DNA from: an uncultured Acidobacteriota bacterium
GTDB taxonomy: Bacteria; Acidobacteriota; UBA6911
NCBI GenBank assembly: GCA_963809485.1
Contig: CAWEJX010000006.1
Span: forward strand, 1 to 64,000
Length of the DNA: 64,000 bases
Reading direction: 5' to 3'
A model generated the notes under the pieces. The model was not told where the DNA came from. It saw only the letters and a list, made by a program, of their open reading frames with translations, and did no database searches. Below are positions 43,168 to 52,923 of the stretch, piece by piece; position 1 is the stretch's first letter; each line of letters opens with the position of its first letter. The translations under genes were made by a program, and so were the position numbers.

Positions 43168-43848
43168 ATGGTTGAGAGCATTGCTCTGGGGGACTTCATT
43201 GTCACCCTGTATCTGATCCATTTTGGATTTTCGCTGCTTGCGGCCGAGCTGCGCAACCTGAAATGGTCTGTCGCTGCTATCGTGGTGCAATCCCTGACGT
43301 TATCCGGCATACTCATTACTTTCGCCAGCATTGGGTCCAACCCCTCATTGTACTGGTGGGGTTTTACTACACTGGGAACCAAGGTCTTCGCAATTCCCTA
43401 TTTGTTGTGGCTTTATATCCGTCGTTTGCCGACCGCCGAGACTCGTCCGTGGCTGGGAACAATTCCTTCTGTGGGAGTTATGCTGGTTCTTGTTGTTGTA
43501 TTCTACAACTTCCTGCATACCCATGTGGAATTTATCGCCCCCAGCCTGGAGGCAGCCCTTGAGCCGGCCAGGTCGAATCTGGCGCTTTCTTTAACAATTT
43601 GTGCCTTGGGATTGTGGGTGCTTCTGGTGCGGAGGGATGCTGTCAAAGCCGTCATCGGCCTGGTCTTGTTGGAAAACGGCGTTCACCTTGCGCTGGTGAC
43701 CCTGGCGCCTACCTTACCTGAGACCACGCTGATCGGCATCGTCACCAATGTCATCATTACCGTTTGGCTCCTTCTGTATCTTGCGGGCAGGATTTTCAAG
43801 GTTCTGGGGACGACCGACACCGCGGTGCTGTCCGAACTGAAGCATTAG
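43168..43848 (+). CDS. hyfE: Hydrogenase-4 membrane subunit HyfE-like
   Basis: ~7 TM, TKVFAIP and LLENGVHL patterns; operon position. Confidence 0.82.
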   Translation: MVESIALGDFIVTLYLIHFGFSLLAAELRNLKWSVAAIVVQSLTLSGILITFASIGSNPSLYWWGFTTLGTKVFAIPYLLWLYIRRLPTAETRPWLGTIPSVGVMLVLVVVFYNFLHTHVEFIAPSLEAALEPARSNLALSLTICALGLWVLLVRRDAVKAVIGLVLLENGVHLALVTLAPTLPETTLIGIVTNVIITVWLLLYLAGRIFKVLGTTDTAVLSELKH

Positions 43849-43863
43849 CCGAAAAATGGAATA

Positions 43864-45375
43864 ATGGAAAGCTCAAGAGAAGTAACCTCTATATTGCCGG
43901 TTCTGGTATTTGCATTGCCCGCAGGCGTCGCCATCCTAATTTTCGCTCTCGGGCGGTTGCACGCCATCTTCCGTGAAGGCCTTGCCCTTTTAGGCCTGGC
44001 AGCCACATTTTTGGTCTCGCTGGCCATCTCAGGGCGGGTGCTGCACGGGGAACTCCTGATAGCCTGGGGACGCAATCTGTATGTCGACGGGTTGAGCGCT
44101 CTAATGGAGACGCTCGGCTCCGCTATGGCCATAATAATTGTCTTGTACTCTACCAGGTACTTGACACAGCACCAGATCGGCATGCCGCTGAATCCTTGGC
44201 GGCACACATATTTTTATGGGTTGCTGGTACTGTTTGTGGCTACTCTCAATTGGACTTGTGCCACCAACAGCCTTATCTGGATGTGGGTCTCGCTGGAAGC
44301 AACCACGCTCACATCGGCGCTTCTGGTGACCTTCTACTGGAAACGGGAATCCATGGAGGCAGGATACAAATACCTGCTTTTGATAAGCGTGGGAGTGACC
44401 CTGGCGCTGTTGGGCTGCGTCCTTATTTACGCGGCAGCCATTCCGCTTCTGCCGGGACCTCATGTGATGCTTCTCACTGAAATTGGCAGGATCGCCAAAA
44501 TGATGCCGGAAAGCGTTGTGCTGATAGCCTGCGCCATGTTTGTGGCGGGTTTCGGCACCAAGGCGGGACTTATCCCGTTTCATGCCTGGCTTCCCGACGC
44601 CCATTCCGAAGCGCCGGTTCCTGTCAGCGCGCTGCTCTCCGGCGTGGTGATCAAGATCGGGGCTTATGCCCTTGCGCGCACCGTTACCATTTTCGCTCCC
44701 CACTATGCCGCTGTGGTCCTCTTCGTCGCCATTCTGGCCTCGGTCAGTATGGTGATCGGCATCGTCATGGCGCTGGTTCAGGACGATCTCAAGAGGCTTT
44801 TAGCCTATTCCAGCATCAGCCAGATTGCCTATGTGATTGAGGGTCTGGGACTGGGCACCTACCTGGGAATCTATGGCGGGCTATTTCACATGGTCAATCA
44901 TGCCATCGTAAAGGCCTTGCTGTTCCTCTGCGCCGGAGCCTTGATGTACGCCGCCGGCACGAGGGAAATAAGCAAGCTGGGCGCGGTGGCAAAAAAAATG
45001 CCGGTGACCACGTTTTGCTTTTTCGTCGGCGCCCTTGCGATTGGGGGTATGCCGCCGTTCAACTGCTTTATGAGCAAGGTGACGATTTTCTTTGCACTGG
45101 CCGAGCGAGGAATACTCTGGGCTGCAATTATAGGAATAGCGACGGGAATACTCACCGTGGCCTGTTTTGCCTGGACTGCCTTCAGGATATTCTGGCAGAA
45201 GCCGACGGCGGAACCGAATCCTGACACAGAGGTGAAGCAAGTGCCGGTCCTCATGCAGGCCAGCATGCTGGTTTTGGCGTTTGCTTGTATTCTTTTAGGG
45301 ATCTATCCCCGAATGCTCTATCCCGTGTTGAACACCGCTACCGAAAGCATACTTAGAATTTTAGGGGCAGGGTAA
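43864..45375 (+). CDS. hyfF: Antiporter-like membrane subunit (HyfF-like)
   Basis: WVSLEATTL, EAGYKY, GTKAGLIPFHAWLPDAHSEAP, LKRLLAYSS. Confidence 0.82.
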   Translation: MESSREVTSILPVLVFALPAGVAILIFALGRLHAIFREGLALLGLAATFLVSLAISGRVLHGELLIAWGRNLYVDGLSALMETLGSAMAIIIVLYSTRYLTQHQIGMPLNPWRHTYFYGLLVLFVATLNWTCATNSLIWMWVSLEATTLTSALLVTFYWKRESMEAGYKYLLLISVGVTLALLGCVLIYAAAIPLLPGPHVMLLTEIGRIAKMMPESVVLIACAMFVAGFGTKAGLIPFHAWLPDAHSEAPVPVSALLSGVVIKIGAYALARTVTIFAPHYAAVVLFVAILASVSMVIGIVMALVQDDLKRLLAYSSISQIAYVIEGLGLGTYLGIYGGLFHMVNHAIVKALLFLCAGALMYAAGTREISKLGAVAKKMPVTTFCFFVGALAIGGMPPFNCFMSKVTIFFALAERGILWAAIIGIATGILTVACFAWTAFRIFWQKPTAEPNPDTEVKQVPVLMQASMLVLAFACILLGIYPRMLYPVLNTATESILRILGAG

Positions 45376-45381
45376 ACAGTT

Positions 45382-46254
45382 ATGCTGAAAAAACCCCCCA
45401 TTGCATTTGCCATCGTCAGCCTGCTCGCATTGCTGTCAGGTTGTATCGCGCCTGCCCCGCCGAAACCCGGCAAAAAGCTGGTTACGATCTGCGTCCAGCC
45501 AATATATTCTCTGCATGTAATGACACAGAAGTACTCGCCCCTTTTTCGATATCTTGCCGATGAAACAGGGTATGACATAAGGGTTGTCTCGGCGATGAGC
45601 TATGATAGTTATCTGCCCACACTGGAGAGCAACCAGGTCCATCTGGGGATTCAGAATCCGCTGGCCTATATCACATTGGTCAAGACCAGGGGCGCGCATC
45701 CCCTGGCAAAGATGGTTGAATTGAATGGGAGTACCTTATATCGCGGTATAATCATTGCACGTAAAGACAGCGGCATACAAAAAATAGAGGATTTGAGGGG
45801 CCAGACAGCCGCCGCCTCCTCCCGCAGGGCGATCGGGGGATTCTTTGCTCAGGCCTATCACTGCAGGCAGCATGGCCTGGATGTCAACAAAGATCTTCGA
45901 CTCTTCCTGGTGGACACTCAGGATGCTGTTGTCAATGCCGTCTATCAAGGAAAAGTGAAGGTGGGTTTTGTGAGGGAGGACGCTTTGCCGCCTGCAAAAG
46001 AAGGAACAGACTTAAAGGCGATTACGGTTATCGCCCATACGGACTATTATCCGACATGGTGCGTAGCAGCTTTCGCCGAAACACCCCCGGAGGTTGAGCG
46101 AGAGATAACCAAGGCGCTTTTGAATCTCGACCCGGGAAATCCGGGACACCGCGGCGTATTGGCATCGATCGGGATCGCCGGGTTTCAGGAGGCATCGGAC
46201 CTCGATTACGACATACTACGAAAAGCCATGGACGGTTTGAGTCTTCCGTACTAG
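45382..46254 (+). CDS. PhnD/PtxB-like periplasmic binding lipoprotein
   Basis: Lipobox LSGC; YRGIIIARKDSGIQKIEDLRG, DAVVNAVYQGKVKVG, ASDLDYD type 2 PBP patterns. Confidence 0.8.
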   Translation: MLKKPPIAFAIVSLLALLSGCIAPAPPKPGKKLVTICVQPIYSLHVMTQKYSPLFRYLADETGYDIRVVSAMSYDSYLPTLESNQVHLGIQNPLAYITLVKTRGAHPLAKMVELNGSTLYRGIIIARKDSGIQKIEDLRGQTAAASSRRAIGGFFAQAYHCRQHGLDVNKDLRLFLVDTQDAVVNAVYQGKVKVGFVREDALPPAKEGTDLKAITVIAHTDYYPTWCVAAFAETPPEVEREITKALLNLDPGNPGHRGVLASIGIAGFQEASDLDYDILRKAMDGLSLPY

Positions 46255-46267
46255 GGAAGGTTGCGGC

Positions 46268-46768
46268 ATGCTGAAATCTCTGATCCAAAAGATAACAGGA
46301 AAGGCTTTCACGAAGGCACTCTGGGTTTACCATGTCAACACAGGGGCCTGCAACGGATGTGATATTGAGGTCATTGATGTCTTGACTCCTTATTACGATG
46401 CGGAACGGTTTGGGATCAAGCTGGTAGGTTCGCCCCGGCAGGCCGATGTCCTTCTCGTTTCCGGACCGGTGACTCGACAGATAGCCTCAGGCCTCCTCAA
46501 AGTATATGAGGCTACGCCCGAACCCAAGCTGGTCTTTGCCATCGGCTCCTGCGCAATCGACGGGAATATTTTTCATGACAGCTATAACGTAATCGGCGGC
46601 GTGGACAAGGTAATTCCCGTGCATTTATACATCCCCGGTTGTCCCCCACGACCGGAGGCTATCCTTTATGGCGTGGCCCAGGCCCTGGGCCTGGTGCCCA
46701 AGAAGGTTAAAGCAGTCCGGTTGACGCAGGAAGGCGATGGGGCGCCCGCCAACTTGCCCCCGAAATGA
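46268..46768 (+). CDS. hycG: Group 4 hydrogenase small subunit (HycG/HyfI/NuoB-like)
   Basis: GACNGCDIE, SPRQAD, GSCA, PGCPPRP. Confidence 0.92.
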   Translation: MLKSLIQKITGKAFTKALWVYHVNTGACNGCDIEVIDVLTPYYDAERFGIKLVGSPRQADVLLVSGPVTRQIASGLLKVYEATPEPKLVFAIGSCAIDGNIFHDSYNVIGGVDKVIPVHLYIPGCPPRPEAILYGVAQALGLVPKKVKAVRLTQEGDGAPANLPPK

Positions 46769-47250
46769 AGACACTGGAGTCGCTGTTTCGGAAAATGGGC
46801 CCCAAGTTTGTGCTGCTGGGCGTGGGGAATCCCTTACGCGGAGATGACGGCGCGGGACCGGAATTATTGCGACGCCTCAGGAACAAAACGAGCGCCATCC
46901 TGCTTGATTGCGAAGAAGTTCCCGAAAACTATCTTGGTGAGATCGCGGCAATTCAGCCTGAAACCGTTGTTGTCATTGACGCCGTGAATCTCGGAACCGG
47001 AGCCGGTGCGGTAGCGCTATTGGAAGAAGACAACTTCCAGTCCATCGGCTGGTCGACACACCATGGTTCCCTGAGAGCGCTGGTCCAATATATTAAGGCG
47101 ACCACACAGGCTGAGGTTTTCGTTCTGGGAATCCAGCCGAAGTCGACAGAACTGGGCGGCGAGCTAAGTCCCGAGGTCACACAGACGATTGACCTATTGC
47201 AGGAGATCATCACAACGCATTCTGTTTCAGGTGAACCGCCCCGTCTCTAG
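46765..47250 (+). CDS. hycI: Hydrogenase maturation endopeptidase
   Basis: LGVGNPLRGDDGAG, VPEN, VIDA, STH, LGIQP; ATGA overlap with small subunit. Confidence 0.92.
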   Translation: MKTLESLFRKMGPKFVLLGVGNPLRGDDGAGPELLRRLRNKTSAILLDCEEVPENYLGEIAAIQPETVVVIDAVNLGTGAGAVALLEEDNFQSIGWSTHHGSLRALVQYIKATTQAEVFVLGIQPKSTELGGELSPEVTQTIDLLQEIITTHSVSGEPPRL

Positions 47251-47409
47251 CCAATGTTTGCCAGGGTAGGGCCGCAATCTATTGAAAACAAGGGGGCGGG
47301 TTTTTGCCGGTGTTCCCTGTGCGGTTTTTTTACGGCTTTGACAAGCGTTGCCAATCGCCAATACAGATGGCGGCGATGGCATTGATTCCCGGACCCTATG
47401 GGTACTGCA

Positions 47410-48840
47410 TCATTGTTCCGCTGCACGGGCGATGCCGCGCAACATTCCGGAAAACACAAACTGATGAGCCAGGTAAAGGGAATACCAATATAGAAGCCCC
47501 CATAAACCTATGGGATCGAAGATGGCGGTTTGCCGGATAACGGAGCCGCCCGCATCCTCCGTTACTTCGAATTCCAGCCATGCGCGGCCGGGCAGTTTCA
47601 TTTCCGCCGTCAGAAGCAGCCTGCGTTCCGGCTCAAACGCTTGCACGCGCCAGAAGTCGAGAGAATCACCGATTTTCAAATGAATCCTGTCGCGCCGTCC
47701 GCGGCGCATCCCTGCCCCTCCCGCAAGCAAATCGATCCAGCCGCGAAGATTCCACAGCCAGTTGCCATAATACCAGCCTGTCGAGCCGCCAATCCGCTGA
47801 ATAGGCATGAAGGCGACTCGAGGGGGGACGGAGACATGGACCGTTCGCGAATCTATCAGTCGGTTGCCGAAACGCACACCTCCCCAGCGGGAAACAACTC
47901 CGGCGGACGAAAGCGCGTCCGCCCAATGGGTTTCGGAATACTCATGGTCTTCATTGCGCAGCGCGCGCGCAATGGCTTCTTCCACGCCCGTCGGCCTGAT
48001 GGAGAATGCGCGCATTGCGGCATCATCCTGCACAATCGTGGTATGACGAATGCTGTCGATTAGCTTGCGGCCGACACGGGCATATAAAGGCGTAACCAGA
48101 CCCAGCCACAGGCTTGACAGGCGGGGCGTTAAAACCGGAACCGGTATCATGAAACGGCGAAGGCCGCGCTGGCGCGCGTATTCGCGCATCAAACCGCCAT
48201 AGGACACCCGGTCCGGTCCCCCGATCTCGAAAATTGCAGATACCTGGACGGGCAAATCCAGGGCGCAGCGCAAATACTGAATCACATCATCAACCGCAAT
48301 GGGTTGGGCGAGCGCTTTGGCCCAGCGCGGTGTAATCATAATCGGGAGCCGTTCGACCAGAGCCCGAATCATTTCAAACGAAAGGCTGCCGGACCCCAGG
48401 ATAATCGAGGCCCGAAACTCGATGACCGGCACTCCCGACCGGCGCAGGATGGCGCCAACCTCCTGGCGGCTTCGCAAGTGAGGAGAGAGCCTGAGGTCGT
48501 TCCCCAAACCTCCGAGGTAGATGATTCTTTCAATCCCCGCAGCCCGCGCAGCGCCGGCGAAATTTTCGGCTGCTTTGCGGTCCATTTCCTCAAATCCGTG
48601 GGCCGTCCCCATGGAGTGAACAAGATAATAAGCCGTGCGGACCCCTGCCATCGCGCTTTTGAGGGAGTCTGGATTCAAAAGGTCGCCGGCAAAAACCTCA
48701 GTTCGGGTTCCGGCATGATCCCGCAGCATTTCAGGTCGCCGGACAATACATCGCACGGGATGCTGTTCGGCCTCAAACCGTTTCAGAAGACGGCCGCCGA
48801 TATAGCCCGTGGCGCCCGTCAGGAGAATCAGGGATTCCAT
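47410..48840 (-). CDS. Atypical SDR/NAD(P)-binding protein with DUF2867 (YbjT-like)
   Basis: TGATGYIGG, AYYLVHSM, AEMKLPGRAWL. Confidence 0.88.
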   Translation of the reverse strand: MESLILLTGATGYIGGRLLKRFEAEQHPVRCIVRRPEMLRDHAGTRTEVFAGDLLNPDSLKSAMAGVRTAYYLVHSMGTAHGFEEMDRKAAENFAGAARAAGIERIIYLGGLGNDLRLSPHLRSRQEVGAILRRSGVPVIEFRASIILGSGSLSFEMIRALVERLPIMITPRWAKALAQPIAVDDVIQYLRCALDLPVQVSAIFEIGGPDRVSYGGLMREYARQRGLRRFMIPVPVLTPRLSSLWLGLVTPLYARVGRKLIDSIRHTTIVQDDAAMRAFSIRPTGVEEAIARALRNEDHEYSETHWADALSSAGVVSRWGGVRFGNRLIDSRTVHVSVPPRVAFMPIQRIGGSTGWYYGNWLWNLRGWIDLLAGGAGMRRGRRDRIHLKIGDSLDFWRVQAFEPERRLLLTAEMKLPGRAWLEFEVTEDAGGSVIRQTAIFDPIGLWGLLYWYSLYLAHQFVFSGMLRGIARAAEQ

Positions 48841-48866
48841 TATCCGTTCCTCTCATCCTGTTCAAT

Positions 48867-48938
48867 CTCCGGTTTCCATTGGCACCAAACTCAGCCTATA
48901 TGGAATCCTCGAGCGCATTGGCGCCGGCGGAATGGGGA
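48867..48938 (+). pseudogene. Ser/Thr kinase extreme N-terminal remnant abutting a MITE
   Basis: IGTKLSLYGILERIGAGGMG, then the element begins at ~48946. Confidence 0.65.
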
Positions 48939-48945
48939 TGTCGGC

Positions 48946-49187
48946 CAATTACATTGGTAAACTCCCGGCTCTGCCGGGGGACTCAAAGAGTTTGACAGCT
49001 CCGTATTTTGAAACGCTGAGAAACGCTGATAAAAGCGCTGACAAACACCGATTTGTTCGGCGGGGATCGGAAGCGCCTCATCAGCTTTTGCCCGCGTAAG
49101 TCAGCCTTCAAGTCCGGCGTAACTCCTCCAACCGCTTTGAGCGGTTCAAATCTTTCCAGCCTCCGGCTTTGCCGGAGGTACCTGACT
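48946..49187 (+). mobile_element. IS200/IS605-type MITE, copy 3
   Basis: Same ends and core as copies 1 and 2. Confidence 0.8.
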
Positions 49188-49221
49188 CGTCAGCAATTCT
49201 TCCAGCCTGGGCCGGAGAGGT

Positions 49222-49416
49222 TCACTTTCGCCCTTTTTTAAGGATTTGAAGAATTTCCGTCTCGCCGAGACCCTGGCTGCGCAAAGCCGCAATCCTTAGT
49301 TTGCGTGCTTCCATGCTCAGCGAGAAGGCTGCCATCATTTTCTGGCCAGGGGACAATGTGTTTCGCGCCAGCCGCCGCTTTATTTTCGCTTCCAGCAGCA
49401 GTTGAGATCTGCCCAT
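49222..49416 (-). CDS. Small basic hypothetical protein (64 aa), possibly antitoxin-like
   Basis: GGAGAGG RBS-like sequence upstream; LSPGQKMMAAFSLS...LRSQ helical pattern. Confidence 0.45.
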   Translation of the reverse strand: MGRSQLLLEAKIKRRLARNTLSPGQKMMAAFSLSMEARKLRIAALRSQGLGETEILQILKKGRK

Positions 49417-49604
49417 CGGATGGAATCCTCTCCCGATATAAATAGCAGGAATTGCGCAGCCTGTCTCTATATTTGTTACAGGCCAATACGACTGACATAG
49501 GGCTGCTTCATAGCCATTAAATTGATAGTAGTTCGCTTTTTCCGAAGGGGGCAGGAAAGAGCTTGTCGGACAACTCCCGGAATTCTCCTGCACTGCATGT
49601 AATA

Positions 49605-49715
49605 TTTGAAACGCTGAGATACGCGTAAGTCAGCGTTCAAGACCAGCGTAACTCCTCCAACCGCTTTGAGTGGTTCCCATCTTTCAAGCCCCCGGCTTTG
49701 CCGGAGGTGCCTGAC
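49605..49715 (+). mobile_element. IS200/IS605-type MITE, internally deleted right-end fragment
   Basis: TTTGAAACGCTGAGATACGCGTAAGTCAGCG...GCCGGAGGTGCCTGAC. Confidence 0.75.
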
Positions 49716-50006
49716 ATCTGTCTCTGATAAATCGGAGAAAAGTCTGCCCTATAAAAGGGCATGGAGTAAAATACATGAGCTGGCGGCGTGGCATGGCGCG
49801 TTGGATGGCCGTTCTCCCCATAAAGATTTCTCCTCGTGCAAATGCCGCGAGGAGGCCAGAAATATCGCCCGATCTCTGCCGTCGGGCATAGGCCGAACTA
49901 TTGCGGATAGAGATTGTGACGAGGCAACAGAAGTGTCCGAACGGTTGACTCATTGAAAAGCTGATGCCTGAAGCAGTGATGAAACCTGCATAGAACGGGA
50001 AAAAAC

Positions 50007-50882
50007 ATGTCCAATGTCAAATATTTCGCGCTTGCAGGACAGGGAAACCCTGTCCATAAATCTGTGGAACCTGAAGACGCCAGAGTCAACGCCGTTTGGA
50101 TGGACGGCGGTGTGGTGGAAGGCTGCATGTTTAATGAGATGTCCTGGTATGTAAAGAGCTGCAGGGAGCCCGGGCTGATAAAACACAATTCCGACAAAGT
50201 AATGTTTTTTCTCGGAAGCGATTTTGAGGATCCTGAAAACCTGAATGCTACCGTGGAGCTATGGATAGAGAACGATAAACTTACTCTCACAAAGACCTGC
50301 GCCGTTTTCGTCCCCGAAGGCGCCGCCCATGGAAATATTCAGGTTGGAAATCTAAAAAAGCCCTTTTTGAATTACGCCTGCCATCTCAACACCAGCAATT
50401 ATCAAACACTTCCCGCAAAGGCAAAGGCGGCTCCCGGAACTTATGCCGGCTATTATGTTGAAAGATTTGAGCGGCCGGACGGGACATTGCCTTTGGCGCC
50501 GGAAGGCTTTCTCAAGTTTCTGGTGTTCCTGGACGGCAAAAGACTGAAAGGCGCACCCTATGCCGAGGCGGTCTGGTTCCTTACCACAAATGACACGGGT
50601 CCCGCGCCGCATACTCATGACAGTTTTGACGAATTTATAGGGTTCATAGGATCTGACCCCGAACATCCTGACGCATTGAACGCTGAGATAGATTTTTATA
50701 TAGAGAATGAAAAAATAACCGTAACAAAGAGCTGTCTTGTCTATATCCCGAGAGGCCTCACTCACAGCCCGATATACGTCCCAAAGCTTCAACGCCCCAT
50801 AATTCATTTCTCCGGCGGCAACGGCGGAGACTATGCCAGAGGGGGCGGTGAACACCGCGATGATAATTTGTTCAAGATGTAG
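50007..50882 (+). CDS. Hypothetical protein with two tandem cupin-like domains
   Basis: Internal duplication: FLGSDFEDPENLNA...FVPEGAAH vs FIGSDPEHPDALNA...YIPRGLTH; HTH..DE in repeat 2. Confidence 0.75.
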   Translation: MSNVKYFALAGQGNPVHKSVEPEDARVNAVWMDGGVVEGCMFNEMSWYVKSCREPGLIKHNSDKVMFFLGSDFEDPENLNATVELWIENDKLTLTKTCAVFVPEGAAHGNIQVGNLKKPFLNYACHLNTSNYQTLPAKAKAAPGTYAGYYVERFERPDGTLPLAPEGFLKFLVFLDGKRLKGAPYAEAVWFLTTNDTGPAPHTHDSFDEFIGFIGSDPEHPDALNAEIDFYIENEKITVTKSCLVYIPRGLTHSPIYVPKLQRPIIHFSGGNGGDYARGGGEHRDDNLFKM

Positions 50883-50957
50883 CGGGATGCGGGACGGCGG
50901 GGGCCGGCTGCCGGAAATCAGGCTGAAGAGGTTTGGATCGCCGGCTCCGCAGTTGCC

Positions 50958-52877
50958 CTACGCGGGCTTGAAAAATGTGACGGCCAGGGGTGGAAGCGTC
51001 AGGCCCAGGGAGAAGCTCCGGCCGTGGGAGGGTATCGGCTCCGCGCAAACTCCACCAAGGTTGCCCATTCCGCTGCCTCCATATTCCAGCCCGTCACTGT
51101 TCAGGATTTCCTTCCAGTATCCTTCCTCCGGGATGCCGAGACGGTATTGGAAGCGCGGGACCGGCGTGAAATTAAATACGGCCAGCACAATCTGGCGGGA
51201 ACCGGTTCCCTTGCGCATGAAGCAGATTACGCTGTTGTCCGAATCGTCGCCGTCCACCCATTCGAATCCGGCTGGTTCCGTGTCCAGGTGCATGGCGGCT
51301 TCGTTTCGATAGAGCCGGTTGACGTCCTCAATCCATCTGTGGAGCCCTTGGTGGGGCTCGTATTCCAACAGGTTCCAGTCCAGGCTGGCATTGTGATTCC
51401 ATTCCCGCCACTGCCCGATTTCGGCCCCCATGAACAGCAGCTTTTTGCCCGGCTGTGCGTACATATATCCGATCAGCAGCCGCAGGTTGGCAAACTTCTG
51501 CCAGTTGTCGCCGGGCATTTTGGATAAAAGAGAGCTTTTCCCATGAACCACTTCGTCGTGGGAAAGAGGCAATATGAAGTTTTCGGAAAAGGTATAGAGC
51601 GACCGGAAGGTAAGCTCATTATGGCGGTACTTGCGATAGACAGGATCATGCCGGATATATTTCAGCGTATCGTGCATCCAGCCCATATCCCACTTGAATC
51701 CGAAACCAAGTCCGCCGACATAGGGGGGCCTTGTCGCCATGGGCCATGAAGTCGATTCCTCCGCCATGGTCTGGGTGTCCGGATAGGATTGGTAAGCCTC
51801 CTGGTTGAACCGGCGAATAAAATCGACGGCTTCCAGATTTTCTCTTCCTCCGTATCGGTTGGGAACCCATTCCGCTTCTTTGCGCGAATAGTCCAGGTAC
51901 AGCATGGAAGCCACGGCGTCCACGCGCAAACCGTCGATATGATATTTGTCCAGCCAGAACAGGCCGCTGCTGACCAGGAAGCTTCTGACCTCGTTGCGGC
52001 CATAATTGAAAATGCACGTGTTCCAGTCCGGGTGTAATCCCTGCTGCGGATCGGCATGCTCGTAAAGGCACGTTCCATCGAAAAAAGCGAGTCCATGCTC
52101 GTCGTTGGGGAAATGCGAAGGCACCCAGTCCAGAATTACCCCGATGCCATGCTGATGCAGGCAATCGATGAGATACATGAAATCCTGGGGAGTGCCGTAA
52201 CGGCTGGTAGGCGCGAAAAAACCTGTCACCTGGTATCCCCAGGAGCCATAGAACGGATGCTCCATGACGGGCAGGATTTCCACATGAGTGAAGCCCAACT
52301 GGGCGATGTATTCGGGAAGCGCAGACGCCAGTTCCCGATAGGTCATCGGTCGATGCCCCTGCTCGGGGACACGTTTCCAGGAACCCAGGTGAATCTCATA
52401 AATGGCCATGGGTGCATGCCGCGAATTGCGGGTACGCCTGTCGCGCATCCATTCCTGGTCTTTCCATGCGTAGTCGAGATCCCAGACAACCGAGCCCGTC
52501 TCGGGCGGGACCTGGCAATAGGAGGCAAAAGGGTCGGCCTTATCCACGACGTACCCGTTATATTTGGTCCAGATTCGGAATTTGTACCGGACGCCTTGAT
52601 CAACGCCGGCCAGGTAACCTTCCCAGATTCCGGAATCCTTCCTGGGCCGGAGTGAATGCCGAATGCCGTCCCACTGGTTGAAATCCCCGATAACGGAAAC
52701 CCTCTCTGCGTTGGGTGCCCAGACGGCGAAATAAGTCCCGCGTTTGCCTGACAGGATCGCGGGATGGGCCCCCAGCTTTTCATAGAGACGGAAATGCGAT
52801 CCTTCATTGAATAGATACAGATCGTCGTCCGTGATCAGGCGCATGTCATAGTTCGCCTCGATAATGGTTTCAGCCAT
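50958..52877 (-). CDS. glgB: 1,4-alpha-glucan branching enzyme (short N-terminus type)
   Basis: FAVWAPNA, IYEIHLGSW, GLRVDAVASM, AEEST, LSHDEVVHGK. Confidence 0.97.
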   Translation of the reverse strand: MAETIIEANYDMRLITDDDLYLFNEGSHFRLYEKLGAHPAILSGKRGTYFAVWAPNAERVSVIGDFNQWDGIRHSLRPRKDSGIWEGYLAGVDQGVRYKFRIWTKYNGYVVDKADPFASYCQVPPETGSVVWDLDYAWKDQEWMRDRRTRNSRHAPMAIYEIHLGSWKRVPEQGHRPMTYRELASALPEYIAQLGFTHVEILPVMEHPFYGSWGYQVTGFFAPTSRYGTPQDFMYLIDCLHQHGIGVILDWVPSHFPNDEHGLAFFDGTCLYEHADPQQGLHPDWNTCIFNYGRNEVRSFLVSSGLFWLDKYHIDGLRVDAVASMLYLDYSRKEAEWVPNRYGGRENLEAVDFIRRFNQEAYQSYPDTQTMAEESTSWPMATRPPYVGGLGFGFKWDMGWMHDTLKYIRHDPVYRKYRHNELTFRSLYTFSENFILPLSHDEVVHGKSSLLSKMPGDNWQKFANLRLLIGYMYAQPGKKLLFMGAEIGQWREWNHNASLDWNLLEYEPHQGLHRWIEDVNRLYRNEAAMHLDTEPAGFEWVDGDDSDNSVICFMRKGTGSRQIVLAVFNFTPVPRFQYRLGIPEEGYWKEILNSDGLEYGGSGMGNLGGVCAEPIPSHGRSFSLGLTLPPLAVTFFKPA

Positions 52878-52892
52878 AAAGCCCCCAAACCT

Positions 52893-52923
52893 AATTACGA
52901 ATTACGAATTACGAATGACGAAT
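52893..52923. repeat. Heptamer tandem repeat (AATTACG)x3 + AATGACG
   Basis: Read directly, just upstream of glgB start. Confidence 0.75.

Noticed and set aside
36460-47250. Genome-wide UGA reassignment (code 4 or 25)
   Set aside because: TGA ends genes at expected positions (5865, 25802, 40145, 46768), and Trp or Gly could not serve as Ni ligands.
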